Below, one piece after another: positions 1-12,188 of a stretch of 64,000 nt of DNA; the stretch's first letter is position 1; each line of letters starts with the position of its first letter. Source of the stretch: an uncultured Acidobacteriota bacterium (GTDB lineage: Bacteria; Acidobacteriota; Vicinamibacteria; Vicinamibacterales; CAVVIG01); the NCBI GenBank assembly GCA_963837345.1, contig CAWIMX010000001.1, positions 451,823 to 515,822 of the forward strand, read 5' to 3'. The notes under the pieces were generated by a model. That model was not told the origin of the DNA, ran no database searches, and saw nothing but the letters and a program-made list of their open reading frames with translations. Both the position numbers and the translations under genes were made by a program.

Positions 1-1226
1 AAGTCGACGTCACGCTCGAGGGAGGCGCGCTCGGCCGGGCCGCCGTGCCCTCAGGGGCGTCCACTGGCGAGCGCGAGGCTCTCGAACTGCGAGACGGCGA
101 CACGGGCCGCTACGGCGGCAAGGGCGTCCGCCGCGCCGTCGCCAACGTGAACGGGGAAATCGCGAAGGCGATTGCCGGGCGGGAGTTCGACCAGCGCGCG
201 CTCGACGAGGCGCTCCTCCGTCTCGACGGCACCCCGACCAAGAGCCGCCTGGGGGCGAACGCCCTGCTCGGCGTATCGATGGCGGCCACGCGGGCCGAGG
301 CGACGGCCCGCGGCATCCCCCTCTATCAGCACATCGGCGCGCTCTATGGCTCCGACACGTTGACCCTGCCGACGCCGATGATGAACATCCTCAACGGCGG
401 AGCGCACGCGGACAGCAGCGTCGACTTCCAGGAATTCATGGTCATGCCCGTCGGGGCACCGACCTTCGGCGAAGCCCTGCGGACCGGCGCCGAGATCTTT
501 CACGCGCTGCGAGGCATCCTGAAGAGCCGTGGCCAGGCGACGGGCGTCGGCGACGAGGGCGGCTTCGCGCCGAACCTGCGGTCGAATCGCGAGGCCGTCG
601 AGGTGGTGCTCGAAGCCGTCGGCAAGGCGGGCATGAAGGCCGGCACCGACGTGTTCCTCGCGCTCGACGTCGCGTCGAGCGAACTGTGGGCGGGCGGCGG
701 CAAGTACACGTTCAAGAAGTCGGGCGAGGCCGATCGGACGTCGGACGCCATGGTGCGGCTGTACGAGGAGTGGCTCCGCGAGTATCCGATCATCTCCATC
801 GAGGACGGGCTCGCGGAAGACGACTGGGACGGCTGGCGCACGCTCACGCGCCAGCTCGGCGACCGGGTGCAGCTGGTCGGCGACGACATCTTCGTCACCA
901 ACCCGGAGATCCTCGAGCGCGGCATCCAGACCGGCGTCGCCAACGCGTTGCTCGTGAAACTGAACCAGATCGGCACCGTCACCGAGACGCTCGACGCTAT
1001 GCGCATGGCACGCGATGCCCGTTATGGCACGATCATCTCCCATCGCTCCGGCGAGACCGAAGACACCACCATCGCCGACCTCGCCGTCGGCACCGCGGCC
1101 GGCCAGATCAAGACCGGATCGGCCAGTCGGACCGACCGCGTCTGCAAGTACAACCAACTGCTCCGCATCGAAGAGGCGCTGGGCTCCCGCGCGAGGTACG
1201 CCGGCCGCTCGGCGATTCGCCCATGA
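1..1226 (+). CDS. eno: Enolase (phosphopyruvate hydratase), 5' end cut by window edge
   Basis: ORF 45..1226 contains enolase hallmarks ([45 protein letters not shown]). The frame stays open to the window start. Confidence 0.95.
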   Translation, partial: VDVTLEGGALGRAAVPSGASTGEREALELRDGDTGRYGGKGVRRAVANVNGEIAKAIAGREFDQRALDEALLRLDGTPTKSRLGANALLGVSMAATRAEATARGIPLYQHIGALYGSDTLTLPTPMMNILNGGAHADSSVDFQEFMVMPVGAPTFGEALRTGAEIFHALRGILKSRGQATGVGDEGGFAPNLRSNREAVEVVLEAVGKAGMKAGTDVFLALDVASSELWAGGGKYTFKKSGEADRTSDAMVRLYEEWLREYPIISIEDGLAEDDWDGWRTLTRQLGDRVQLVGDDIFVTNPEILERGIQTGVANALLVKLNQIGTVTETLDAMRMARDARYGTIISHRSGETEDTTIADLAVGTAAGQIKTGSASRTDRVCKYNQLLRIEEALGSRARYAGRSAIRP

Positions 1227-1969
1227 CCGCGCTCGTCCTGCTCCGCCACGGCGAAAGCACCTGGAATCGCGAGAATCGCTTCACCGGCTGGACCGACGTG
1301 GATCTGTCGGACCGGGGCCGCGACGAAGCCCTCACGGCGGGACGACTCCTGTGCGACGGCGGCTACACGTTCGACGTGGCGTATACCTCGGTGCTCAAGC
1401 GGGCGATCCGCACGCTGTGGATCGCCCTCGACGCGATGGACTTGATGTGGATCCCCGTCGAGAAATCGTGGCGGTTGAACGAGCGGCACTATGGAGCGCT
1501 GCAGGGCCTGAACAAGGCCGAGACCGCCGCCCGCCATGGTGAAGCGCAGACCAAGATCTGGCGCCGCAGCTACGATGTCCCGCCTCCGGTCCTCACGCCC
1601 GACGACCAGCGAAACCCCGCGCGGGATCCGCGATACGCCTCGCTCGCGCCGGGCGAGCTGCCGCTGGCCGAGTCGCTCAAGGACACGGTGGCGCGTTTCC
1701 TGCCGTACTGGCACGAGACGATTGCCCCGGCGGTCGCCTCCGGCCGGCGCGTCCTCGTCGCGGCGCACGGGAACAGCCTGCGCGCGCTCGTGAAGTACCT
1801 CGATCAGATCTCCGACGCCGACATCGTGGAATTGAACATTCCGACGGGCATCCCCCTGGTGTACGAACTGGACGATCGGCTGCGGCCTATCCGGCGCCGG
1901 TATCTGGGCGATCCCGAGGCGGCGAAGGCCGCGGCGGCGCGGGTGGCGGCCCAGAGCAGGCCGGAATGA
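1223..1969 (+). CDS. gpmA: 2,3-bisphosphoglycerate-dependent phosphoglycerate mutase
   Basis: [29 protein letters not shown]... (RHGES/W catalytic motif) and HGNSLRAL. The ATG at 1223 overlaps the eno stop (ATGA). Confidence 0.93.
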   Translation: MTALVLLRHGESTWNRENRFTGWTDVDLSDRGRDEALTAGRLLCDGGYTFDVAYTSVLKRAIRTLWIALDAMDLMWIPVEKSWRLNERHYGALQGLNKAETAARHGEAQTKIWRRSYDVPPPVLTPDDQRNPARDPRYASLAPGELPLAESLKDTVARFLPYWHETIAPAVASGRRVLVAAHGNSLRALVKYLDQISDADIVELNIPTGIPLVYELDDRLRPIRRRYLGDPEAAKAAAARVAAQSRPE

Positions 1970-1974
1970 AAAAA

Positions 1975-1998
1975 GCCGGCTCGCATGCGCGAGCCGGC
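1975..1998. terminator. GC-rich hairpin between convergent gpmA and the 2033..2341 ORF
   Basis: GCCGGCTCGC-ATGC-GCGAGCCGGC, a perfect 10-bp stem, preceded by an A-run (GAATGAAAAAA). It could act as a terminator for the minus-strand gene and possibly in both directions. Confidence 0.55.
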
Positions 1999-2032
1999 TC
2001 CACAGTGTCGGCGATCGATCGGACTGGAACGG

Positions 2033-2341
2033 CTACTCCACTGGCTCGGCGGTCTCGTCGGCGGCAATCCGCAGCGAACGGAGAAACCGCCGGTCGTTCG
2101 CGGTGACCTCGAAGTTCCGCCGCGGCTGCACCGCGCGGGCGGGCGCGGCGACCTTGGTGAGCGCCGAGCCCGTCGCCTGCGAACGGCTGACGAAGCCGAC
2201 GACGGCCTCGAGAGTCACTCGCATCTCGAATCCCGCCGCCCGCGCCTTTTCGCGGCAGGCTTCCACCTGGGGGTTCTCGGCGACGGCGGCGGCTATCGCG
2301 TCGGCCAGCTCGCGCGCGAACCGGTTGACGACCTCGTCCAT
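2033..2341 (-). CDS. Hypothetical small protein (102 aa), family not recognised
   Basis: Protein-like composition (MDEVVNRFARELADAIAAAVAENPQVEACREKARAAGFEMRV...). It fits neatly between the hairpin and the next intergenic region. Confidence 0.5.
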   Translation of the reverse strand: MDEVVNRFARELADAIAAAVAENPQVEACREKARAAGFEMRVTLEAVVGFVSRSQATGSALTKVAAPARAVQPRRNFEVTANDRRFLRSLRIAADETAEPVE

Positions 2342-2453
2342 CCTGCTTCCTCCCTCACGCCGCCGGGCCGGGTTCCGGAGGCGCTTCCCGATCAGACACT
2401 GACACCAGGGTGATGGCAGGGATCGGGCGCCATAACGTGTTCGAGTGTGTCGG

Positions 2454-2480
2454 AAAACTCTGCAGGTTAAGCTGCAGTGT
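2454..2480 (-). terminator. Candidate intrinsic terminator downstream of the symporter gene
   Basis: On the minus strand: CTGCAG-CTTAAC-CTGCAG stem-loop, extendable to ACaCTGCAG/CTGCAGaGT, followed by AGTTTT. It lies about 30 nt after the TAA stop at 2509..2511. Confidence 0.45.
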
Positions 2481-2508
2481 ACGCCCCAGTACCCAGCGTG
2501 TCAAGCAC

Positions 2509-3996
2509 TTACGACGACGACGGTTCCAGCGGATCGGCCCGCGCGACCCGCCAGTCGGCTGCACGCGCCTGCCCGGGATGAATCGCTTCGACCACCTCGA
2601 CGGGCCACGCGCGGCGGCGCGGGCTCAGCCGCGACACGATCAGCGTCGTCGCAAAGTTGGCCGTCATGCTCGGAATCGCGACGTGGATGCCCAGCGGCGT
2701 GCCGGCCAGGGTCCAGATCGCGAACATGGCCGCTCCGGTCATCAACCCCCAGAACGCGCCTGCCTCGGACACGCGCCTGGTTCCCAGGTAGGTAACGCCC
2801 AGGACGACGACGGCAATGCCCGCCCGGAAGGCGTACGCCCAGATTGTGAGATTCAGAATCCCTTCGAAGGTGGCCGCCGCGGCCCAGCCCGCCGCCAGCA
2901 CCGCGCCGCCCAGCGCGCGCGAAATCACCAGCCGCTGTCGATCGGTCAGCTCGCGATGGCCGATCACGTCTCGCAGAAAGATCTGCACGGGCGCGAGAAA
3001 GCAGAGCGGGCCGGTCGACACGATCGCGGCGAACAGCCCGCACAGGCCGATGCTCGCCACGACCGGATTCAGCGCGAGGATCATCGCCGGCGCAGCCGCG
3101 AGCCCGCCCGGCAGGTCAGCGCCGAACTGGACGCGCGCGGCCATCCCGATCAGCGCGAACGGGACGCCCACGAAGAGGAACATCGCACCGGTCAGCCATG
3201 CGCCCTTGACGGCGACCCTGACGTCTTTCGCCGCGAAAATGCCGGTGATGGCCGCCTGCGCCGCGAACAGATTGAAGACGGTCCCGAGCATCTCGCCGCC
3301 CTGCGTGAGCGGGTTGCCCGGGTTCAGGCTCCAGTAGGACGAGGGCAGTTCCGTCCAGATCCGGTGAAAGCCGACGGCCACGCTGCCGCCGACGAACTGC
3401 AGCGAATAGAGCACGCTGACCACCGCACCGCCGAGCATCACGACGAGCTGCACGATGTTGACGAACGCGATGGAATGCAGGCCGCCCGCCACGACGATCG
3501 CAAAGAACACGGCGGCCGCGATGAGCTCGGCGCTCGAGACGCCGATGCCGAGCAACGGCGACAGGAGCGCGCCTGCCGCCATGATCTGGCTCACGCCGAT
3601 CACGAAATAGGCGATGGCGATCACGACCGCCGCCAGGGCACGCGTGCGGCCGTCGAAGAGTCGCCCCACGATTTCCGGCACTGTCACGGCGCGCAGACGC
3701 CGGTACCGGCCGGCCATCGTCGCGGCAAACACGAAGAAGGCGATGCCGACCGAAAAATTGAACACCGCGCCGACGATGCCGTCGGTATAGCCACGCTGGC
3801 TCACGCCCACGGTCGACGCCCCGCCCAGCATGTCGCCGCCGACGACGGCCACGACGAGCGACAGCGGCAGCGCGCGTGCGGCCACGAGAAAATGCTCCGA
3901 ACCGAGGCGGCGGCGTAGCACGAGATTGCCGATCCCCAGGGTGACGAGCGCGTAGGCCGCGAGAATGGCAAGCGGAAGGGGGTGATCGAGGCCCAT
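2509..3996 (-). CDS. Sodium:solute symporter (SSS) family transporter
   Basis: From [23 protein letters not shown]... onward the product is multi-TM and SSS-like. The upstream 350 aa of the 846-aa ORF is Arg-rich antisense of the mutase gene and was discarded. Confidence 0.85.
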   Translation of the reverse strand: MGLDHPLPLAILAAYALVTLGIGNLVLRRRLGSEHFLVAARALPLSLVVAVVGGDMLGGASTVGVSQRGYTDGIVGAVFNFSVGIAFFVFAATMAGRYRRLRAVTVPEIVGRLFDGRTRALAAVVIAIAYFVIGVSQIMAAGALLSPLLGIGVSSAELIAAAVFFAIVVAGGLHSIAFVNIVQLVVMLGGAVVSVLYSLQFVGGSVAVGFHRIWTELPSSYWSLNPGNPLTQGGEMLGTVFNLFAAQAAITGIFAAKDVRVAVKGAWLTGAMFLFVGVPFALIGMAARVQFGADLPGGLAAAPAMILALNPVVASIGLCGLFAAIVSTGPLCFLAPVQIFLRDVIGHRELTDRQRLVISRALGGAVLAAGWAAAATFEGILNLTIWAYAFRAGIAVVVLGVTYLGTRRVSEAGAFWGLMTGAAMFAIWTLAGTPLGIHVAIPSMTANFATTLIVSRLSPRRRAWPVEVVEAIHPGQARAADWRVARADPLEPSSS

Positions 3997-4050
3997 GTCG
4001 GCAGAGTATGCGCCAGGAGGCGCCGACACTCGCAGTACAATCGCGCCAAC

Positions 4051-5637
4051 GTGGCCGATCGACCGATCCCTCGAGAACCGGCGTCCGCCGACGCCCGCAC
4101 GCCGCGCGATCTGACCGGCTGGGAACCCCGCAATGCGCTGGGCCTTCCCGGGGAATTTCCGTTCACGCGGGGCATCCAGCCGACCATGTATCGCGGGCGG
4201 CTGTGGACGATGCGGCAGTACGCGGGATTCGGCACGGCCGCCGAATCGAATGCCCGCTACCGGTATCTGCTCGAGAAGGGCGTGAGCGGCTTGAGCGTCG
4301 CCTTCGACCTGCCCACCCAGATGGGCTACGACTCCGACCATCGGCTCGCCACCGGAGAGGTGGGCAAGGTCGGCGTCGCGATCGACTCGATTGACGACAT
4401 GGCGACGCTCGTCGAGGGCATTCCGCTCGACCGCGTCTCGACCTCGATGACGATCAACGCGACGGCGATCGTGCTGCTCGCCCTCTACATCGCGGTCGCG
4501 AGGCGCCAGGGCGTGTCGCCGTCGGCGCTGTCGGGCACGATCCAGAACGACATCCTGAAGGAGTACGTGGCCCGCGGCACCTACATCTATCCGCCGCGGC
4601 CTTCCCTGCGGATCGTGACGGACATCTTCTCCTACTGCGCCCGCGAGCTGCCGAACTGGCACACGATCTCGATCAGCGGTTATCACATCCGCGAGGCGGG
4701 CTCGACCGCGGTGCAGGAAGTGGCGTTCACGTTCGCCGATGCGACGGCCTACGTGCAGGCGGCGATCGACGCCGGCCTCGACGTGAATCGGTTCGGGCAG
4801 CGGCTCTCGTTCTTCTTCAACGCCCACAACGACTTCCTGGAGGAAGTGGCGAAATTCCGGGCGGCGCGGCGCCTGTGGGCGCGCATCATGCGCGACCGCT
4901 TTCACGCCACGCATCCACGCGCGCAGCAGCTGCGATTCCACACGCAGACGGCCGGCAGCACGCTCACGGCCCAGCAGCCCGACAACAACATCGTGCGGGT
5001 GACGCTGCAGGCCCTCGCCGCGGTCCTTGGCGGCACGCAGTCGCTCCACTGCAACGGTCGCGACGAAGCGCTCGCGCTGCCGACCGAGGAATCGGCGCGC
5101 ATCGCCCTGCGCACGCAGCAGATCCTGGCCGCCGAATCGGGCGTCGCGAACACCGTGGATCCACTGGCCGGGTCGTACGCCGTCGAAACCCTCACCAACG
5201 AGATTGAACGCGGCGCCGAGGATCTGCTCGCACGCATCGACGCGGCCGGCGGCACGCTCGCGGCGATCGAATCCGGCCTGATTCAGCGCGAGATCCAGGA
5301 GTCGGCGTACCGCGCGCAGGTCGCCGTCGACGACCGGACGGCGATCGTCGTCGGCGTGAACGGCTATGCCGACGAGGCGCGGCGCCGCAGCCCCGGCATC
5401 TTCCGCGTCGATCCCGACGTCGAGCGATCGCAGGTGGCCCGCGTACGGGCGCTGCGTGCCGCGCGCGACGCCGATGCCTGGCGTACGGCGCTCGCCGGAG
5501 TGACGCGAGCCGCCTCGGACGGATCGAATCTGGTGGCCCCGATCGTGGCGGCCGTGGAAGCGCGGGCCACCGTGGGCGAGGTCGCCGACGCGATGCGTGC
5601 CGTATTCGGCGAGTTCACCGAGGCGGCCGGGCGGTGA
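4051..5637 (+). CDS. Methylmalonyl-CoA mutase family large (catalytic) subunit, with no B12-binding domain
   Basis: [61 protein letters not shown] and [17 protein letters not shown]. The start is uncertain: in-frame GTG at 4051, versus 3982 which would overlap the divergent symporter start. Confidence 0.85.
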   Translation: MADRPIPREPASADARTPRDLTGWEPRNALGLPGEFPFTRGIQPTMYRGRLWTMRQYAGFGTAAESNARYRYLLEKGVSGLSVAFDLPTQMGYDSDHRLATGEVGKVGVAIDSIDDMATLVEGIPLDRVSTSMTINATAIVLLALYIAVARRQGVSPSALSGTIQNDILKEYVARGTYIYPPRPSLRIVTDIFSYCARELPNWHTISISGYHIREAGSTAVQEVAFTFADATAYVQAAIDAGLDVNRFGQRLSFFFNAHNDFLEEVAKFRAARRLWARIMRDRFHATHPRAQQLRFHTQTAGSTLTAQQPDNNIVRVTLQALAAVLGGTQSLHCNGRDEALALPTEESARIALRTQQILAAESGVANTVDPLAGSYAVETLTNEIERGAEDLLARIDAAGGTLAAIESGLIQREIQESAYRAQVAVDDRTAIVVGVNGYADEARRRSPGIFRVDPDVERSQVARVRALRAARDADAWRTALAGVTRAASDGSNLVAPIVAAVEARATVGEVADAMRAVFGEFTEAAGR

Positions 5638-6593
5638 GCCTCCTCGAGGTGGCGCACCTCACGACGGTCTTCGATCTTCCCGCGGGCCGGGCCGCGGCGG
5701 TCGACGACGTCAGCTTCGCGGTGAATGCGGGCGAGACGCTCGGCCTCGTCGGGGAATCCGGCAGCGGGAAGTCGGTGACGGCGCTGTCGATCATGCGCCT
5801 CGTTCAGCCCCCGGGCCGGACAACGGCCGGCGAGGTAAGGTTCAACGACCGCAACCTGCTCGCGCTGTCCGAAGCGGAGATGTGTCGCGTTCGCGGCGCC
5901 GAGGTGGCGCTGATCTTCCAGGAGCCGATGACGGCGCTCAATCCGGTCTTCACGGTCGGTGATCAGATCGCCGAGACGCTGCTCGTCCATCGGCGCGCCT
6001 CGCGCGCGGAGGCCCGCCAGCAGGTGATCGACCTGCTCGAGGCCGTGCGCATTCCAGACCCGGCGGCGCGCGCCGACGACTACCCTCATCAGCTCTCGGG
6101 GGGCATGCGGCAGCGCGTGCTCATCGCCATGGCGCTCGCCTGCCGCCCCTCGCTCGTCATCGCGGACGAGCCGACGACCGCCCTCGACGTCACGATCCAG
6201 GCCGAGATTCTGGACCTGCTGCGGGAAACGCGCGACCGCTTCAACCTGGCCCTCCTGCTCATCACCCACGACCTCGGCGTGATTGCGCAGATCGCCGACC
6301 GGGTGGCCGTCATGTATGCCGGCCGAATCGTGGAGGACGGCCCCGTTCAGGCGATCTTCCACGACGCGCAGCACCCGTACACTCGAGGGCTCCTGGCCTC
6401 GATGCCCGGACCGGGCCGCGAACGGCTCAGGGCCATCGAGGGCACCGTGCCGTCGCCGGGGGCGCTCCCCCGCGGCTGCGCCTTCCATCCCCGGTGTCCC
6501 GACCGGTTCGAGCGCTGCACGACCGCGCCGCCGCCCGACTATCCGGTCGGCGTGGAACACCGGGCGAAGTGCTACCTGTACGACGCGCGCTGA
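5634..6593 (+). CDS. ABC transporter ATP-binding protein, oligopeptide/dipeptide (OppD/DppD) type
   Basis: Walker A GESGSGKS, signature LSGGMRQR, Walker [14 protein letters not shown]-terminal [12 protein letters not shown]. The GTG start overlaps the mutase stop (GTGA). Confidence 0.9.
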   Translation: MSLLEVAHLTTVFDLPAGRAAAVDDVSFAVNAGETLGLVGESGSGKSVTALSIMRLVQPPGRTTAGEVRFNDRNLLALSEAEMCRVRGAEVALIFQEPMTALNPVFTVGDQIAETLLVHRRASRAEARQQVIDLLEAVRIPDPAARADDYPHQLSGGMRQRVLIAMALACRPSLVIADEPTTALDVTIQAEILDLLRETRDRFNLALLLITHDLGVIAQIADRVAVMYAGRIVEDGPVQAIFHDAQHPYTRGLLASMPGPGRERLRAIEGTVPSPGALPRGCAFHPRCPDRFERCTTAPPPDYPVGVEHRAKCYLYDAR

Positions 6594-7471
6594 TGCCGCT
6601 CCTCGACGTCTCCCATCTCGTCAAGCACTTCGTCCGCGGCAGGGGCCTCTTCCGGCCCGGCACGGTCGTGCGCGCCGTCGACGATGTGAGTTTTGCCATC
6701 GACGCGGGCGAAACGTTCGGCCTCGTTGGCGAATCGGGCAGCGGCAAGACGACGACCGGGCGCTGCCTGCTTCGGCTGGTGGAACCGACATCGGGCGCGG
6801 TGACCTTTCGGGGCGAGAACCTCCTCGCCTTCGACAGCGCCCGGCTTCGTCGCGCCCGCCGCGACATGCAGATCGTCTTCCAGGATCCCTACTCGTCGCT
6901 GAATCCCCGCATGCGCGTGCGGGAGATCGTCGAAGAGCCGCTCGTGATTCACCGGCTCGGTCGGCGGGCCGAGCGAGCCACGCGCGTCGCCGAGCTGTTC
7001 CGTCTCGTCGGGCTCGACCCCTCGCAGCTCGACCGCTATCCGCACGAGTTCAGCGGCGGACAGCGTCAGCGTATCGGTCTGGCGCGGGCCCTGGCGCTGA
7101 ACCCGTCTTTTCTCATCCTCGACGAACCCGTGTCGGCGCTCGACGTCTCGGTACAGGCCCAGGTCGTGAACCTGCTGCTCGACCTGCAGCAGCGGCTCGA
7201 GCTGACCTATCTCTTCATTGCGCACGATCTGCGGCTCGTCGAGCACATCTGCAATCGAGTGGCGGTGATGTACCTGGGGCGGATCGTGGAGCTGGGGCCG
7301 ACGGCCGCCATCTTCGACGGCCCGCAGCATCCGTACACGCGCGCGCTGCTCTCAGCAATTCCCGTCCCCGACCCCGACGCCCCGCGGCACCGCATCCGGC
7401 TCGATCCGGCCGCCGTGGATCGCGATGCCGCGCTCCGCGAAGTCGGGAGCGGGCATTGGGCGGCGGTATAG
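6593..7471 (+). CDS. ABC transporter ATP-binding protein, oligopeptide/dipeptide (OppF/DppF) type
   Basis: [13 protein letters not shown]..., [41 protein letters not shown]. The ATG overlaps the upstream TGA by 1 nt. Confidence 0.9.
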   Translation: MPLLDVSHLVKHFVRGRGLFRPGTVVRAVDDVSFAIDAGETFGLVGESGSGKTTTGRCLLRLVEPTSGAVTFRGENLLAFDSARLRRARRDMQIVFQDPYSSLNPRMRVREIVEEPLVIHRLGRRAERATRVAELFRLVGLDPSQLDRYPHEFSGGQRQRIGLARALALNPSFLILDEPVSALDVSVQAQVVNLLLDLQQRLELTYLFIAHDLRLVEHICNRVAVMYLGRIVELGPTAAIFDGPQHPYTRALLSAIPVPDPDAPRHRIRLDPAAVDRDAALREVGSGHWAAV

Positions 7472-7525
7472 TCGAGTGTCGCCATCTCCGCTTCCTGCCA
7501 TGGTCCGTGCTCGTGGTCGTGGGCA

Positions 7526-7732
7526 TGGCATTTCGCGCGATATCGCTACGATGCCCGCGGCGGTGCGAAAGAGATCTGCACCCAGCTGAAACTGGGCTTC
7601 CAGGGGCGGCATGTGTCGAACGAAGCCACCGCCGCGGTCAGCGCACACTACGAAGAGGTGGGAAGAATGCTGAGCGGATTGATCGCTCATCTCGAGCGAA
7701 CCGACGACTGGAAGGACCGGCGTCGCCGATAA
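7526..7732 (+). pseudogene. Possible C-terminal remnant of a four-helix-bundle protein (23S rRNA intervening-sequence protein family)
   Basis: A frame open from 7472 reads ...FARYRYDARGGAKEICTQLKLGFQGRHVSNEATAAVSAHYEEVGRMLSGLIAHLERTDDWKDRRRR*. This resembles the family's ARGSxxExxTQL ... MLxGLI C-terminus. No ATG/GTG/TTG start codon lies upstream of the conserved part. Confidence 0.3.
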
Positions 7733-7746
7733 CGCCGACTAGCGAT

Positions 7747-7768
7747 TCGCGACTTGCGACTTGCGACT
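7747..7768. repeat. Short tandem heptamer repeat (TGCGACT x3, first copy TCGCGACT)
   Basis: Read directly: tcgcgact tgcgact tgcgact, ending 1 nt before the stop of the ABC ATPase gene at 7770. Confidence 0.6.
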
Positions 7769-7769
7769 A

Positions 7770-8456
7770 TTACGCCGCCCGCCGCACGTCGTTCTCGACC
7801 TGGCCGTCTCGAATGTGAATCGCGCGATAGGCGAACGCCGCCACATCGGGCTCGTGGGTGACGAGCACGATCGTGTTGCCGGCCTGGTGCAGGCGCTCGA
7901 AGAGCGACATGATCTCGTGCCCGGTCTTCGAGTCGAGATTGCCCGTCGGCTCGTCGGCCAGCAGAATGGACGGGTTGTTGACGAGCGCCCGCGCGATGGC
8001 CACGCGCTGACGCTGCCCGCCGGACAATTCGTTGGGCCGGTGTGTCATCCGGGAGCCGAGCTCGACCTTCTCGAGGGCGTCGATGGCCCGCGTCTCCCGC
8101 ACCTTCGCCGGCACCCCCGCATAGACGAGCGGCAGTTCCACGTTGTGCAGGGCGGTCGCGCGCGGCAGCAGATTGAACGTCTGGAAGACGAAGCCGATTT
8201 CTTCGTTCCGAATCCGCGCCAGCTCGTTGTCGTTCATCTGGCTGACCTGCTTGCCGTTCAGCAGGTACGACCCCTTGGTGGGGGTGTCGAGGCACCCGAT
8301 CAGGTTCATCAGCGTGGACTTGCCCGATCCCGACGGTCCCATGATGGCGACGTACTCGCCGCGCTCGATTTCGATGGACACCCCGCGAAGGGCATGAATC
8401 TCTTCGGCGCCCATGCGGTAGGTCTTCCAGAGGTCGACGGTCTCGATTAATGCCAT
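7770..8456 (-). CDS. ABC transporter ATP-binding protein, MacB/LolD/FtsE type
   Basis: [44 protein letters not shown]. Confidence 0.9.
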   Translation of the reverse strand: MALIETVDLWKTYRMGAEEIHALRGVSIEIERGEYVAIMGPSGSGKSTLMNLIGCLDTPTKGSYLLNGKQVSQMNDNELARIRNEEIGFVFQTFNLLPRATALHNVELPLVYAGVPAKVRETRAIDALEKVELGSRMTHRPNELSGGQRQRVAIARALVNNPSILLADEPTGNLDSKTGHEIMSLFERLHQAGNTIVLVTHEPDVAAFAYRAIHIRDGQVENDVRRAA

Positions 8457-8540
8457 GTAGCCTTCAGACGGCAGTCGCGGCCCGGTGGTTCCCCGAAGTC
8501 GGAGGATCTTACCTGCCCCGGCGGCCAGCGCGCCACCGGC

Positions 8541-10013
8541 TCATTTCGCGGGCTCGGGCACCAGCAGGCGGATGTCGCGCCCGCTGACGTCGCGAACCAC
8601 GACCGACGTCGCGGTAATCGCGACCACGCGCGCCCCGCGAACCTCGTCGCCGGCCTGGACAATGTGGCCGTCGATGACGGCGAGCCTCCGCTCGTTCCCG
8701 TACAGAATCGTCTGCAGCTCGGCCTGGAAGGGTGGCCCGGAACCGGCGTCGGGCCCGGCGGCGGACGGTCGCTCCGGATTCGGGCTGTCGAACACGAGAT
8801 CGGGAGGCGGTTCGTACGAGCGGACGAAGCTGGCCGCGGCGATCCGGGATCCCGTCGGACGCTGCGGGTGGTCCGGAACGATGGGCGCGGAGTCGGCCTC
8901 GACGGGGCGCGGCGCCGGACGTGCCGTGTGCGGCGCACGCGCGGCATGTCCGGCCGGCCCTCCAGCCGCCAGGCCCCAGGCGGCCGTGCCCACGGTGTAG
9001 CCGATCCCGAGGCCCGTGGTCACGCCAGCGACGACGGCGGCCCTGGCGATCCAGGCGCGATACGCGCCATGCCGGCGCTCGCGCAGCAGATCAAGCGGCG
9101 CGGGCGATTGAACGGCGGCCGCCCACGCCAGCCGGAGATCGGCGCCGCGGTCCCGCAGGTCCACTCCGTCTTCCGGCAGCCGCTCGGTATCGATCCCGAA
9201 GAAGGAATCGAGCGGCTCCACTTCGACGTCGAGACTCTCGATGAGCGAGGCGGCCATCGAACGCAGCTCGGGCATGCCTCCGCAGATCAGGACGTTCGAC
9301 ACCGGCCCGTGATCGGGACGAGCGGTGGCGAAGAAGGCTTCGAGATAGGCCGCCAGCTGCCCGGCCACCTGAGTCCTCGGCCGAACGAGCAGGCAGCGGC
9401 CCGGGTCGAGGTAGCCCCACGGAGCCTCGTGCGCCGCCAGCAGATGGCCGCCGCGCACCAACGCCACCGCGGTGGTCGTCTCGGCGAGGGCGACGTAGGC
9501 CTCGACCACGCCGGGGTTCGACGCGGGCTGGCGACGGCGCGCCAGGGTCATGAGCGCGGCCGCCGGAGTGATCACGCTGCGGACACGGATTCCAGCCGAG
9601 GCGATCGGGCGAACGGCGGCGGCCACGGCCGCCGCATGCGCGGAAACCAGCATGACCGGCCGGCTGGCGGCCGCCAGCTTCGGCGCCGCCGCGGGCGCAA
9701 TGTCGGCGAGGCGACGCGACGGGCGGATGCCGGCGGCCCTGGCGCGTTGATCGAGCGCCTCACGGCGCATCTGGTCGTAAGACGCGCGGCGCACCAGGGG
9801 CTGCGCATGGTCGGCATCGAGACCCCAGGCCACGAGCGTGGCGCTGCGACCCCGGAGGGCTTCGAGCGCGGTCCGGAACTCGTGTCCCGGGCGCACGTAA
9901 GTCCCGAACGAGCAGACGCGGGTCGGGCCGCCACATGGCAGCGGCCCGCCATCCTCGACCTCGGCGATGCGGCAGGCGACGGGCCCGAGCTCGATACCGA
10001 TGCGCGCAGCCAT
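8541..10013 (-). CDS. PilM-like (actin-fold) protein fused to a TM segment, a Pro-rich linker and a PilP/GspC-like C-terminal beta domain
   Basis: N-terminus MAARIGIELGPVACRIAEV..., VEAYVALAETTTAVALVRGGHLL, NVLICGGMPELRSM (PilM-like). TM segment AWIARAAVVAGVTTGLGIGYTVG. C-terminus LQTILYGNERRLAVIDGHIVQAGDEVRGARVVAITATSVVVRD. Start taken at the ATG at 10013; 10073 is an alternative. Confidence 0.6.
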   Translation of the reverse strand: MAARIGIELGPVACRIAEVEDGGPLPCGGPTRVCSFGTYVRPGHEFRTALEALRGRSATLVAWGLDADHAQPLVRRASYDQMRREALDQRARAAGIRPSRRLADIAPAAAPKLAAASRPVMLVSAHAAAVAAAVRPIASAGIRVRSVITPAAALMTLARRRQPASNPGVVEAYVALAETTTAVALVRGGHLLAAHEAPWGYLDPGRCLLVRPRTQVAGQLAAYLEAFFATARPDHGPVSNVLICGGMPELRSMAASLIESLDVEVEPLDSFFGIDTERLPEDGVDLRDRGADLRLAWAAAVQSPAPLDLLRERRHGAYRAWIARAAVVAGVTTGLGIGYTVGTAAWGLAAGGPAGHAARAPHTARPAPRPVEADSAPIVPDHPQRPTGSRIAAASFVRSYEPPPDLVFDSPNPERPSAAGPDAGSGPPFQAELQTILYGNERRLAVIDGHIVQAGDEVRGARVVAITATSVVVRDVSGRDIRLLVPEPAK

Positions 10014-10141
10014 GGTTCTCGATCTTTCGGCTCGAACGGGCCGACTCTGCAGGGCCCCCGGCCGCGACCCCAAGACCGGGCTCCGGCGGGTGTGCCGAGG
10101 TGTGCCAACGTGCGCAGACCGCTGCCGCGTGGGATGGTCGA

Positions 10142-12114
<1,973 letters not shown>

Positions 12115-12188
12115 GCGCGGCAGGATACCATCGATCCCAACGACCGCTCAGCCGTCCAATTGTCATCAAATGCCGGGGGGCGACGCGT

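Noticed and set aside
3997-5049. N-terminal 350-aa extension of the 846-aa ORF 2509..5049, and similar extensions of 41516..43213, 49250..52921, 51973..53982 and 54181..57183.
   Set aside because: The extensions overlap well-supported genes on the other strand or in another frame and have non-protein-like composition. Internal starts followed by signal-peptide or TM sequences give sensible products.
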